Below, piece after piece: positions 35,620 to 49,682 of a DNA stretch of 64,000 nucleotides. The translations under genes and the position numbers were made by a program. The notes beneath the pieces are model-generated. The model worked only from the letters and a program-made list of their open reading frames with translations, searched no databases and was not told the origin of the DNA. Every line of letters starts with the position of its first letter. Position 1 is the first letter of the stretch. Source of the stretch: Lama glama (taxonomy: Eukaryota). The stretch lies in NCBI GenBank assembly GCA_028534125.1, contig CM052850.1, forward strand, positions 25,916,001-25,980,000, read 5' to 3'.

Positions 35620-36560
35620 GCGCGCACGCCCCGTGGCGCGGGAGCTCCTCAGGCTCGCCGGAGAGATGAGCTCGGAGCCCCGGGATCGCGGGGTCCCGCC
35701 CGCAGCGCCAGTCGCCTGGCGCGAACCCGCGCTCGCCCGTCACGTGGCCGCGTGGCGCGGGCAGCCCTCCCCGCGGCTCATCGGGCGGTGCGCGCGCTCA
35801 GAGACCCGCCCCCCGGGGGGCGGGGCCGAAGGCGCGCCTACGCCGTGGCGGGCTCGGGCGGGCGCGCGCCGCGGGGGCGGGGCCTCGCGGAGGCGGCAGC
35901 GAGGAGGCCGGAAGGAAGCAGGCGGAGGGCGGGGCGAGTCAAGGAAGCCCGCCGGGCCGCAGGACAACCGTCGCGGCCTGATGACGTCGCACAATGGCCG
36001 GCCCCCGAGGGTAGTGGAGCCCGTTTGTTCCGCCCGCGTCGCGCCTCAAGTCGGAGCCTGTGAGGAGCGGAAGGACCGAGGGACGTCTTCCCCGCACCGC
36101 CCCAACCCCCGCGGAGCCGTGGCCCCCCTCCCCGTCCTCGCGCTGAGGTAAGCGGTGGCGGCGGCTGGGAGGCCGGGTCGGCGGGAGGAGGAGGCCGAGG
36201 CGGCCGAGCGGGGAGCGTGGCGGCGGCGCGGAGCCGAGGCCCCGGAGCCTTGCCGCCTCCGCCTCCGGGGAGCGCTCCAGGCTGCCCACCGGCCGAAGCG
36301 TGGCTCTTGAGCCCCTGGAAGGGGAGGCCGACCCAGGCACGATCCCGCTTCCCGTCCGCGACGACCTGGCCAGGGTCCCTGAAATCTCCTCAGCCCAAGC
36401 GCCCGGCGGCTACCTCCGCGTCCTGCCGTGGGGTTGATTCTCTCAAAGCTGTCATTCCTCTTCCGGGACATTCGCGTAGCGCTCTTTGCCGCCTACAAAG
36501 ACGTGGGGCGGCAGAGGGAGGCGCGTGGATTCGTTCTCCGAGCTGGGGATAGGCTCTTCG
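35620..36560 (+). promoter_or_regulatory. CpG-island promoter of ZC3H18
   Basis: Very dense CpG and no TATA box. E-box GTCACGTGG (35739-35747), several GC boxes (GGGGCGGGG ~35817, ~35874), ETS site CCGGAAG (~35908), CRE-like TGACGTC (35982-35988). Confidence 0.9.
36040..36147 (+). other. ZC3H18: ZC3H18 non-coding exon 1 (start approximate)
   Basis: Strong donor GAG|GTAAGC at 36147/36148 inside the CpG island, upstream of the ATG-bearing exon. The TSS cannot be fixed from sequence alone. Confidence 0.7.
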
Positions 36561-39500
36561 GGAGCTTTGAGCTTTCCTAGCCTCCTGCAACTTGCTCCCT
36601 CGGCTTCCTGGCGGCCACAAGTTGGACGTTGGCTGTGGCCTAAGACGCGCGCCACTCTCCAGAGTGACTTCCTTACCCCTTTGGTTAAGAGCCCAGAGGC
36701 TGCCGGGTCCTTGCTGGGAGAAGATTTCAGGACTTCCAGCCCTGCTCCTGCTAAAACTTAAGTTTTCCTGAATACTTTATGTAACAGCTGAGTTTGCCGG
36801 GTAGAGTGGCTAATCATCTTAAATGAGCTGTTCAGCTCCACCTCTGAAAGAGTAGGTCGGTCTTCAGATCCGTTGGGAAGAATGGGAGAAGAGAGTGTTA
36901 GAAGCATAGCAATGGCTCTCATTGTTTCTATTTTGAGGCTCATCTCTTTCATGTTGCCTGTGGAGCAGTCCTTTCCCAGAGCAGAGGTTGGGATTCTCAG
37001 GGTGAGCCTGGAGCCAGGCTGATTCCCACTTCCCTGGCAGGGAAGTCTCTGCCTGAGGATTTTACAGTCTGAGCACATGTGTGGAGCCCAGCCAGCTCTG
37101 GAAACCAGTCAGATGTGTCTCAGAGGCTGGAACTCTTCTGAGTTTTGGATGGGAAACCATCAAACATTGTAAGAAAGCTCTGTGGAATCAATTCCAGAGA
37201 GCAGAAGTTTTCCCCCTTTTTTACAGGTCATCTTAAGGTGAGTGCTTCCTCCCCAAGGAGTTGTTTGGTGTCAGGCCTGGTCAGTTTGGGGTGCTTTCTG
37301 TCACCAACTTTGACTTCCTCTGGATGTTGTAAATCTATGAAGTTACAAATCCGAATTCTAACCAGATGTACCAGCTCTTGGGCGCTGACGTAGGGACTGC
37401 TCTGTCAGAAGTTGTTACCCTGGAAGGTGATGCTTGTATTTCATTGGTGCTCCTCTGCCAGAACCTCTTTAGAAGTCCTAGGAGGTTTAGGAGGTAAATA
37501 TGTAAGCCATCTGAGGAAGCAAGTCTCACCCCATGTTTGACCAAGAATCATCTCATCTGGCTTGGGAACTCACCCTACTTAGTAGACCAGGCTCTGAACA
37601 GCCTCCTGCAGTTTCTCAAAGTGACCCGCCTCGAGAGGAGGAAGGTTTGCTGCCACTGAGAGTGCCAGGGCAGTGTTCTGCAGGTTCTAAAGGTCACTTG
37701 GAAAGAGAAGTTCCCAAATGTTCTGTACTGTAGCAGTGCCGTGGGAGTCAGGGTGCCTCCCAGAATGCCTGCTGGGAAATGAGACGGCACGCGCTCTGGG
37801 TCTGAGGGTAGGGCGGTCTTCTGAAAGCCAGGCGCTTATTTCACATTTCTTCCTGGTGTGCAGCAGGTGGTTTATCAAGTACTGAGGCTTTGTCATCTGT
37901 TCAGGAGGCATTTACCGGCCGCTGTCTGCCAAACATAGTATGCTTTAGAGACATGATGACGGACATGTGTTAGTTTCTTCTCCAGGCAAGTTCACTATCT
38001 TGTGGATCAAAGGACTAAAGAGTTTTAAACTTGGCCAAGAATGCTGGGTTACAGGGTGATTGTGTGAGAAGAACAAACTGAGTAAAAATCGTGAGCCTGG
38101 GAGCTGGTGAAGACGTGCTCAGAGGACCCCCACATTTTGTTGTGTGCACTTAACAGACCACATGTTTTTCCTGGCACCTGACAGGGAGCATGTACTCAGA
38201 TGTGTGTCAGATTGAATTCACCTCAGAGCAGGATGCTGATGCCCAGAGAGCCAATTAACTTGCCCAGAGTGAGTCCTGGAACAGAAACCATCTCCTGACC
38301 CCCGGTGACACTCCTCTTGTTTGCAGCCAGTGTGACTCAGGTTGCTTCTGATAAGCAGGTAGATTCTCTGACATGTTTCCTCTGTGAGATATTCACCTAT
38401 GCGTGGCCTCAGATTGTAAAATCCCAGGAGGTCCCATAGAGAAAAGAGATGTGACTCCTTTCCTCAGGAAATTGTCAAGGCCTCCTGTAGGTGCCTGTGT
38501 GTTCTGGTGTGCCCGGGACAGCCCATTTTCATGCCTGTTGTGGTTGGTAACAGTGGCCCCTTTCAGTCGCAAACCCGTCCCCGAGTTTAGACAATAAGTT
38601 ATGGATGTGGTAGTTCTGCTACTAAGTGCCAGCCGTTTGCTGAGCTCGCGGAACGCAAGTGAGTCTGAGCCCTTCCACACAGGTACTTCGTGAGGGGCAG
38701 GGGGGCGTCTCTACAGACTTTTGCAAACAGATAGTCATGTACAGTGTGGTGAGTATGGGTATGTAATAGAGTAACGTACAACATGCTAAGGGTAAGAGTT
38801 CTTTATCTGGGGGTGACGGTGGACCTCAAGTTTTAAACTCTCTGAAGTGGAAGATAAATGGTGTACCTCCAGGTTTTTCTTGGGAGAGGAACCATCCCAG
38901 TCATCAGATTCTCAAAGCCACCAATGCTCCCTGAAAGGCTGAGCACCTTTGACAGCGCCAGTCCCCCGCCCCCTTGACGGGAGCAGGTATACTCGGGACT
39001 GTGCGCTCCTCCATCTTCTTTTCTGGTCAATGCTGAAACCTGCCCTTGAGAGCAGGGAAGTTTTCTTGTGCTTGGACTGCTGACATGGTTTCCATCATTC
39101 AAACTGGGGGCACAAACAGGCTCTCAGGGTACTTCTTTTCCATGCACAGTACAGCGGCCTTGGATTTTCATTTGAGTCAGCGTTTCCTGTGGTGTCAGTA
39201 TAGAGGTGTGCACCTTTGGGGGCTTTCTTTTGTTTGATTCATCTTTAGTTTAAGTGCCTAAGGTTCAAACTTCAGACAGGTTTAAAATAAAAAAGTTAGT
39301 GACTGGCATCCCAAGTTCAATTCCCATGTGGTCATCACTCCTTTTTACCAATAGTCTACATAGTTCATACACTTTTCCATCTCTGAAAGTGTGTGGTTTT
39401 GGTTCTGGAAAGGCTGTGGTAGGAAGCTGGATGGCTCAGCACAGACCTTCAGAAGGGAGGAGAGGACAGCAGGCAGACTCTCCTGATTCAGTAGAAGCCC

Positions 39501-41757
39501 CCAGTTTATGTAAGGACTGTGGTCCAGAAAAGAATTTGCAAAGTCAGTTTGGAATTCAGGTCCCATTTTATAGAAACAGTGGCGGTCAGTTGGGGTTGGG
39601 TCCTAGCAGGTAGCAGGAGCCCGTTCACGCGTAGATCCAGCTCTGGGTCTGGGCACACGCTCTGGCAGCAGCTCTGAGATGCAGTCCCGGGACCGCGCCC
39701 AGTGGCCATGTGGCCTAGGTTTCCTTCTCTCTTGGGGGGAACGTCACTTATTTGGAAGGTTGTTGTGACGGAGTGGGTCAGGTGTCTGGCAGAGGACAAG
39801 TCTCTCAGCAGATGTGGGGCCTGTTGACTTCATTGCAGAGGTTGTTTTAGTGACATAGTCTTGCACGTTTAGGTTCTGGGGTTTGTTGGGTGAATTGCTC
39901 CCAGGCACCGCAGGAGAGTTGAACTCAGTCTGATGAGGGGAAAGGGTGTGGGTTTCACAAGTTGAGGGTTACCGATACTTGTGTGCATGTTAATCCCATG
40001 TGAACTGTGTGGAGCACGTGCTGAGCGTGTTACAGGGCTCATCTCATCGAATGGGCGCGAGGACGTAACACGGCTGCTGCTGTCCGCATACTTCAAATGA
40101 AGAAGCTGGGGTCTGGCTAGTTTGCGTCATTCGTCCAAGACCCAAAGGCTGGGAGGCAGGAGAGCTGGGACTCTGGTTCTCGCTCGGGAGCCCCACGCTG
40201 CACTGCCCCTCTGTCCCACAAAGACGCGGCAGCTGCCAGATGGACTGCCTGCTTTGCTGGCCCACAGCTGTGAGCTCACGTATTTGAAGTTAGGCGATCT
40301 TTTTCTTCCACTTCTTACCCTAGAATTTAAATTCCAGTTTGCCAGGAGAGAAAGCGCCTTTTGGTTGGACCTAATCATAACGGTGAAACCCAAGTGCAAA
40401 CCTGTTGGCACCTGGGCCCCAGGAAGGGGCTGTTATCAAGTTACCGGGATCGAGCCTCTGTGCTGTGAGCAGGTGGTGTGCTACGAGTTTTGAGTGTCAG
40501 TTGTGTGGGTTTTAAACTAGTTTAAGGGGACACTTAATTTTTTTTTACCAGTTGATTGACTGAAGAGGTAACTTGGTTTCTGGGGTTTCCTTTAGACTGC
40601 ACACTGAGGATTAAACCTGCCAGGTCCCCAGCAGTGGTGTGATGGGGCTCGGTGCATTTTGGCGTGACCGCCGGGCCACAGGGTCCCAGTTGCCAGCCTA
40701 AGCAACCGGGCAGCAGAAGCCCCTGCCCTTCTGTGAGAGTTCCTGCGTCTGGCGTGACACAGCCCAGGACCCATCTGCACCGGTGCTGCGGTGCCCCGTG
40801 GCCGTCCGTGAGAGTTGAGGCTGTGAACCCTCATTAGCCGGCCCTGTCTCGGTAGTACTCTCCCCTTGCTCATCGCCCTGGGCTGCGGGAGTGACATGTG
40901 TGGTGACAAGGAGGCCAGGAAGCTATGGGGCAGCAAAATACACCTCTTTGGGGCCAAGTTTGTAATGATTCTTTCCAGTAGTCCTACCTCTGCATAGGGT
41001 AATGAGAAAACTGAAAAGCGAATCCTTTTCAAAACTGTCTGCTTTTAAGTGACTTTGAATGGCTTGTAAATGTCTACTACTGCTAACCATTTGGTTTACT
41101 TATAAATGATGGATTTTAAGTGATTTGTCCTAGTGTGTGCTGAATTTAAATAATTTCCATTAACAGCAAAAAAAAATGTAACTGTGGATTCAAATACCAA
41201 CTCTTGGTATGTTCATCTTTAAACACAGGTTCTTTTGAAAGTATAAGTTTAAAAGATATATTTTTAATCTTTATTTATATAAATGTATACAATAACTTTA
41301 TATTATTTATATAGTACACAAACGTGTGTGTTTCCACATCTCACTGAGGCACCGAGTAGTATGAGTGTGGCACTCATTATTTTAAATCAAAAATTTTGAA
41401 GAATCAGGTGAACACTGAATCCTTTACTGTTGTTGTTGCTTCACACTGGTTAGACAGTTACTTGCTACACCTCGCAATGGTGGATGGTAAAAGTTTACTT
41501 ATGGGCAATTTGATTTCAGGCGCACACGCTCCTACCCCACTTCTGCAGCCTGCATTTAAAACTAATGGAACAGCATCCTGTCTTTGCACACTGAGGTGGG
41601 AAGAGCAGAAAACAGTTACTTTGTAATTAAGTCTAGATAGTGAAACTAGAAATGAAACCTAAAATGACAAATTTTTTGTTTGTTTGCTTTTTAAAAAGAA
41701 ACTACTTAAATATGTAAAGTTTTCTGCCAGAGTCCTTTCCCACGGCGTGCCTGTCCT

Positions 41758-41922
41758 GGAACGGTGATTCTCAACTATCCTACCAGAATCACGGTGCACT
41801 GAGGCCTCTGGGCATCCCTTGGCAGCCTCAGTACACAGGTGTGTGGGAGGCCCAGTGTCTGCATTTCTAAAGATCATCCCAAGTGGTTCTGACGTGGCCA
41901 TCAGGGCCATACTTGGAGAAGC
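41758..41922. mobile_element. MER5A-like hAT DNA transposon fragment
   Basis: acggtgattctcaact..cagaatcac..ctgcatttctaaagatcatcccaagtggttctgacgtgg..catacttggagaa. Confidence 0.6.
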
Positions 41923-42381
41923 GTGTTCAGGAACGGGAGACAGCCCGCATCCCGGGAACTCCTGAAGATGGGCCCGGTTTCTCCTTCAGACTCTTCAGAA
42001 CAATGGCCAGGCTCGTGCCTTCAGTGTGACCAGCTCATGCATAATGCAAGTTTTCCTGAATTGCAGAAGTAATTAATTCATTCTAGGGATCCAGAAAGCT
42101 GGCCCTTGCAGTTCACATCTTATTTCTCACTTTCTGTTAGCCGTCGGGCTGCTCTGTGAAAGCGGGCAGGCGGGCCTCTTCCCGGCTGGTCCCGCCTCGT
42201 GGAGGCCTTGTGTGCGGTGACCAGCAGCGGTGGTCTATGCAGTGCGATCTGGAGGAGCTGTGCAGGGCCCAGCAGACTGTGTGTCAGGAGTGAGTGTGGG
42301 GCCAGGGAAACCAGAGCGAGATTTCCCTTCCATTCTGCTAAATGCTGTGACTCTGTGTCTCTGTCTTTTGCAGAAGTGTGA

Positions 42382-43080
<699 letters not shown>

Positions 43081-46000
43081 TAGGCTGGATTGAGAAACTG
43101 CCAGTCGGTAGCTGGCGGGAGTTCCACAGGCCCTCCTCGCTCATCCGTCTGGTCGTATTAAAATTCTGGAGTTTTTTAACAGGCAGTAGTTTTCACCCTT
43201 TGTCTTCACTGTCTCAGAGTAGTACTTGAGTTAGCAGTCAACTAGAACCTCTGTGGGTTTCAGTTCTTGTTATTTTCTTGAGGCTGAAAAACTCCTTCCT
43301 TCCAGTTTCGTCTGTTCTTTTATTCATTTTTTTCTTTGCCCCATGGCCTCTTGTCTGATGCGGGCCCCAGCTTCTATGGAAGTATCCCTAAAAAGGCCCT
43401 CACTGGATAAAATGGGGTTGCGCATCAGAACACCTTGGGTTTTGACCAAGCTGTCACATCCTTAGAACTTACTTACATTCACCTGGCCTTCAGGGTAAGG
43501 AGAAGGTAACTGGTAATGATCATCTTAGATGTGGGTTGTTTGGGTTTTTATGACAGATGATCCTGTTGAAAGAACTTTAATCACCATCGTTTAAGAGGTT
43601 GAGTTTGGGGGGCAGAGCCTGAAGCCCTACTGAGTAAAGCTTGTACTCAAAGGAGGGGAGAGGGAGGCAGAGCAGAGGGAAAGGATCTGGAGTGTTAAGC
43701 ATCCTGGGGGGCGATCCTGGTTGAGAGTCATTGTGGAGAGAGGTGGGCCTGAGGAGTACCCCTCAGGAGGGCCCTGTGTTAAGGAGGGAGAGGTTGCTGT
43801 CCAGGCGCGCAGCTGCAGCTTCACGGGCAGCTCTGTCCTGGAAGGTGAGGCAGTGCCGCACAGCCACGCGTGTGCCTGGTCTTAAAAGACGTGCTTGTCG
43901 GTTCACAGGGACAGAATTTGTGGGGCATGCGTGTGTAGTTAAAGCTTAGGGGTTTAGATACTCTCATAACTTAAGTTTAGGAGGTGGTCTCACGTATTAA
44001 TAGCCTTTGCTTAATATTATCTTATTGAAAGTGGTATTGTCGAGACCTGATCATGCAACTGTCCTCAGGTTTTGCCAGCTCCAGCTCCTTTCCAAGCTCC
44101 CTTTAGAAAGTTAACCCTGGCAGCAGGGTTGCCAGAGGGAAAGAGATGCCGAGAGACTCCAGTGAATCAGTTTGGGTGGAATTTGGGAGTGGAAGGTGAA
44201 GTCACTGGTTGAGGTCACCTGTGAGTTTGATTTTTCAGTTTACGGAGAGAAAAGCCACTAGGAAGGTGAGGGGTCCCGGCAGCGGGGGGCGCCGTGGCCG
44301 GCGGTTCTGGGCGCCGTGTGTCCCGTTAGGAAGGCCCAGCTGCAGATGCTGCTTGCTTCCGCTGCTGAACGCATGGTAGCAGACTTCGCCTCCTCTGCTG
44401 CCAGTGTTCAGTCGCAGGGACCTGAGCCTCGCTGCGCCGTGGCGTTCCTGCCGCGTCCAGCTTTGTTGGTCTCCCCCGGGGCAGCATTGGAGCCCCCTTG
44501 CCCACCGACCCCGCCTGGTTGGCCAGTCGAACGGACTTGTGCCTGCCTGGCACCTCCAGTGAGGCCCCCACAGCCCAACTGGAACAGCTCCACTCAGCTC
44601 TGCGGGCCCCGCGGTGTGCCAGGCTCACTGTGACGCACTGGGGGTGTAACTGTCCCCCATCCTTGGGGACCGGTGGGCCTGCACGGGGCTGGGCACTGTG
44701 AATGGAGACTTTGGCCTTCGCAGGAGCGCACCTGCCTTCCAGGAGCTCCTCTGGGTTATTTTTGCTCTTGCCCGTGCCTGTGACTGCGGGCTCCTCCACA
44801 CCCTGTAATTACTGGCCTCAGTGTCACCTCCTTTCTGTAGGCCTCCTGCCTACCGCCCCTGGCTCTCCTGTTAGATCTGCCTGGGCACCGTTGTGGTGCT
44901 TCCACACACAGTCTGAAGTAACCAGGCCATTAGTGCGTGTGTCTCTGCTGCTTCCCCGCACCTGCTCCTCCAAGAACACGAGTTCCCGAGTCCGGCCCCT
45001 GTGTGGCTGGCTCCCTCCATCCCTAGCACCTGGCACCTTGGAGGCAGTGCTCTGGGGCATGCCAAGTTGAGTGCCATCGAGATGAGGCATGGTGGTGGGC
45101 GGGACGTCTGCACTGGAGAGCCTTCCGAACAGAGGGCAGTCTGGCACTGCGCGTGGGTGACCAGCACCAGCCTGAGCCTGCGTTGGCAGAGCCCGGCGTA
45201 GACACGCGTCAGCTGGCGTCTGAATCACTGCTGCTGGGCCGTCTTCCTGCTCTCTCTGTCCCGGTTCTGGCCCTTCCTTCCCTGTCAGGATCCCGTGTAT
45301 CCACAAGCATACACTTGTATCTTTCTTTCCCAAGATGGAGAGGGAACTAGAGGTGTGTGCTTGGGTCCATGAACAGCCTGCTTCCTTCCAGCAGGCTTTG
45401 GTCTAGTCCCCTTTAGTTCAAGTCCCTGCCAGGTAGCTTCTGGTCCTAGTGGGAAGTACCCATCCCAGAGGGCTTTTTCCCTGTCACCTTCCAGGTATCA
45501 GAGGTGAACTACCTGGATGTTTTTGTGAGGAGGAAATGTGTAGTTTAGTGTATACCTCGAAGATGTACATTCACGGAAGCCTCTGAGCTTCTCCGTGCCC
45601 AGCAGCCCCTCCTGCCTGTCTGCCCATTTCCTGCCCATAGCATCAGGCCCAGAATTGCTGGGAACAGCAAGCTGAGTGGAAGAGTCTAAAAGGCCCTGTG
45701 ATTTATTCTCCTCTTAACTCAGAAGCACTTTTCCTTGTAGGTTAGGGTTAGATTGGGGGTCACTGGGACAGGTGAACTGGTTTGGGAGGGAGTCACCCCC
45801 ACCCTCCTCAACTCTTCTAGTCTGCTGAGAGTTTCCGTGATAATGACATCAATTTGTACAATAAACCCTTGAAATTTTTTTGTCTAAACCACAGTTTATA
45901 ACTCAGGCCTTGAGTTACCTTTATATGTTTTTTGTGTGCTGCCCTCAGAAGCAGATGCCTTTCTGGAAATGCTACTTCCTTGTGCGGTGGGGATGGGATT

Positions 46001-48778
46001 TTGCAAATAGGGTGGTGGGCCAGCTGTTAGCAGCACTGGCTTATTTGTGGAGGGGGCGTCGAGGGGACCTGAGGACCCTGACGCCTGAACCACGGTGAGC
46101 CCTGTCTAATCAGTAGTCGTGCCCATGCAGGATGCCACACTTAGGAGGACTAGAAACGTGTGGTTTTGTTTCTGCTCCCTGCGTGTCTCTCAGAAGAGCG
46201 CCGGAGCCACCACCGTGGCCTTGCGCTGCGCGCGGTCTTCCTCTCTTAGACCAGCGCCTCCGGTTCGTCTCGCCAGAACTACTGCTTCCTTCGGAGGCTG
46301 CTGAGTAGATCGAATGTTCTTCAAGGGTCTTTGATTTGCCTTTACAGACGCCAGCCCCACTGTCTGGTCTCCCCATCCTCTCCTTTGCTCAATTCCTTGG
46401 TTTCTGTTTTTATATCTTACTTGTCATCTGGTGAACAGAACTTCAGCCCCCGAGAGTATGCCATCCCCCAGGAGAGGGTGGAGTACGTTTTGTTCCCTTC
46501 CTTTCATCGGTGACTCTCACACTGTATGCTGGCCTCTCAGAGATGGCAGGACAGTGGCCTGGTCAGAAGTGATAGCTCTGGGTCCACCCACATAAAAGTG
46601 CTTTGAAGCATTTTCCTTGCAGTGGTACTTTGTGTTTTGTCCTGTTCAGAAGCACCTGCTCTTTCTGTGTCTGGATACATAGTATCTTCTGCCAAAGGGC
46701 TTCCCGCACCACTCAGGCTTCCTGGGGACACGTCACTGCACTCACTCCGCTGGATGCCACTCAGATGCTTCCCAGCATCTGTCCCCTTGAGGAAGCCAAG
46801 GAAGCCACTGCCTGCGCCTCCATCAAGGAAGGAGGCCGTGCAGCGCAGCCCCTGAGGGACTAAGTGGTGCCAAGCTGTTGGCTTCGTCCCCCGCAGGACG
46901 GGGACAGCTGCTCCAGACCCCTTTCTAAAGCCGGAACACGTCTGAATTACCAAACCACGTCTGGCTCCAGGGGTTTTGAGTGAGGGATTACAGCCTGTAT
47001 TATTACCCCATTTTGCAGGTGCAGAATCTGGGGTTCAAGGGGATTCTGGTGGGACCTGGTGGTTGTGCCAGGGTGAGCTCTCTCTGCTCCTGTGTACACG
47101 GGGCCCTGCGCCCAAGCTCCACGTGTGGTGGGCTTCAGCCTGGCACAACCCATTGGGTAGACCAAGGCTTGGGGTCGGGGCATCTGCAGTCACACAGGCA
47201 GGATTCAAACTCAGGCCTCCCCACTGCGTGTCTGCTATAAATAAGGACCTTCAAGGTGAACATGCTGGTTCGTGCCCACCCCAGCGGCACGCTGCCAGTG
47301 GGCTGGAGTTCCTCCCAGGCTTGCACACTGTGGCAGGCCTGGCGCTCTCCCCCCAGGCTAGTCGTCAGTGTCCTTGTCGCCTGGCCTTCTGTAGACCCAC
47401 AGGCCTACTTCTGACTGGACCGCTAGGGCCCCTGCTCTCGATCACATCGTCAAGGGTCGCCAGGTCAGAATTCCTACCCATTAATCACACATCTGACCTG
47501 ATGGAACAGCTAAGTGCTGGCAGTCTGGCTTCAGAGATCCCTTTCTTGAGTTATGTTTGCAAGAAACTCTCTAAGATTCCGGTACTCCTTTTATTTGTCA
47601 TCACCTGAAACGCCATCGTGCTAAACACACAGTTAGTTGGCAGGTGAGGACCTTCTACTGCTGGGTGATTTATTGCTTGTTTTGTCTGTTAGGCCTTGGA
47701 GTATCCCAGGGCACCCTCGGCAGCCCCGGTGACCGCTCCCCAGCTCTCTGCTCTTGTGAACATGGAGAGTAACATCCCTGCAGAAACAGCTCTTCACCCC
47801 AATCTGGTGCCCTGCCTGTGCATCCTGACTGCTGACACACAGTCACTCTGTTCCTCATCCCAGGCTAGAATGTGGCCAGGCTGGACTTGAGAAGGTCACG
47901 GCAATGTGGAGAGCTCAGAAGTGTGGACCCCTGTCAGGGAGTGTCCCCAGGCCAGCTGGGACAGAGCGATAGTTCAGACGAGGCGGTGCTGAGGAAGATG
48001 GGGGAGTGGGGTCCGCCCTGCTTGAGATCCCTTTCATCGACTGTACTAGGGTACCTTGGACAGGATGAGAAGGGGCAGTGAGGGGCCCCATCCTGGACAT
48101 ACTGACAGATTTCAGTCAGGTGGCTGGATGCTTGTCTGCTAGGGGCGATCCCAGGGGTGCAGGGTCTCAACTCTGGGGTGCAGATGGCCCTGGGGCAGTG
48201 GGGGCTAGGGGTGGGTTGTGCAGAGCATTTGTCTAAGCTCTCTGCTGCTCTTTGGAATCCCTGGGGAGAGACCCACTCAAGCTTTGGTCTTTAAAGTCTC
48301 CTGCGTCACTCTAGAGCCAGGGTTAGGAACTCTGGACCAAGAACAAGAAGAGAAGGGCCCAGGTCTGAGCTAATGGTGGGCCCACTCACTGGCCTGAGCC
48401 ACCTAACTTTCCTCCTCCCTGCCCCTAGACTTTTAAATTAGAGGGAGGCATCTAATTTAAAGGACATACAATATTTTGTTTTACTGTACAAAATATTGAA
48501 AACCTGAAGGGTAACCATGTCCTGCTCAGAACTGCTAACAGAACTTGTAGGAGTATCCTTTGGTGTGGTGCCTCAGTCTTGGAGGTGAGCTCTGAGACAT
48601 CCCCGTTGTGTGGATGAGGTTTGGGAAATGCACGTGAACTGGTGAGTGGCCAGGACCCGGACCTCGGGAACGCACCCTTTCTGGTTTGGTGAAAGCACGC
48701 TGGTTGGTAGATGCCCCTCCCGCCTCTTCCCTTTGTTAAGACAAGTCTCTCTTCAAGTCACATTGTCCTCTGTTTCAG

Positions 48779-48863
48779 GATGATGACCTGGAAGAGGGTG
48801 AAGTGAAGGACCCCAGTGACAGGAAGGTGAGGCCTCGTCCCACCTGCCGATTCTTCATGAAAG
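48779..48863 (+). CDS. ZC3H18: ZC3H18 exon 3 (first half of the CCCH zinc finger)
   Basis: tgtttcag| acceptor; DDDLEEGEVKDPSDRKVRPRPTCRFFMK-G; |gtaatt donor. Confidence 0.96.
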
Positions 48864-49613
48864 GTAATTGTCTGGGTGAGAGCCTTGGCATGGCCCGTCC
48901 ACGTGGCCTGGCTTCTCCCAGGACGGGTGCTGGTTCAGTCTGGTCGGGCGCCCTGGGGCCTGCTCAGGGCTGTCCTCGGGGCCTATGGTGGTGGCGGCGG
49001 CAGCAGCGGCACGTTGATGTCAGACAGTGGACCCTTTCATAGGCTGCTTTCAGGACTCCGGAGCCGGGCCAGCCCACCTATCTCTTGCTAAGGCTCCTGG
49101 CCCTGCTGCTCAGCGCAGACCTCCTCTTTACTGTAGGCAATGTCAGCTCTTTCTAAACGGTCCTTTTTAGAAGGCCACATGCCCCAAGCTGCCAGTTTTG
49201 ACATTTTCCCACCTCTGTGAGGACAATTCCCTCTTTCCTGCAAGATGTCTCAGAAGCATATCTTTCATCTGGCGTGGATCTCGAAATAGCTGAGGCATGG
49301 CCTTTGAAAGCCAGCCATCCGTCCTGAAAAGTGGACAGAGTGAGTCAAGTAGTTGTGACAGGTGGCACTGTGACAAGGGCTGGTGAGCAGTGGGCATTAA
49401 AGTCCTGGAGACTTGGCGTGGAGACGGCAGCCTGTGTGTCAGGGCCGCTCTGGGCGCAGCGCTGGTGGGCACGTCGCCGTAGCTCCTCCTCACACGCTGG
49501 CAGAAGGCGTTTGCTCTTGCCCGTGGTTCGCCCTGACCCTAGACGACCTACCCGCTGAGCCGGCTCCCCACGCGGCCTAACGTTCACCACAGCTTCCTGT
49601 ACTTCTTTTCCAG

Positions 49614-49682
49614 ACGTTGTGACACCATTGTCCACTGCTCCACCAATACCAAATTCCATACCATTCAGAGGCCAGGTTAAAG
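49614..49682 (+). CDS. ZC3H18: Candidate ZC3H18 alternative cassette exon (69 nt, in frame, phase 1-1)
   Basis: Branch-like cctaac at ~49576, pyrimidine tract cttcctgtacttcttttccag|, open frame (D)VVTPLSTAPPIPNSIPFRGQVK(G), donor AAAG|gtacaa. Confidence 0.6.

Larger units (their letters stand above)
34680..35620. repeat. Degenerate ~112-bp AT-rich tandem array (about 4-5 copies), interrupted by an L1 tail and a solo LTR
   Basis: Anchor aaaatg(t/c)ttaagctttga..ttaaactcagtatctc at 34755/34892, 35336, 35450 and 35561. Anchor tttgtgttgaactgat at 34693, 34944 (degenerate), 35388 and 35500. Confidence 0.8.

Noticed and set aside
34680-35620. CRISPR-like repeat-spacer array
   Set aside because: The context is eukaryotic, the whole unit is homologous between copies (no unique spacers), and there are no cas genes.
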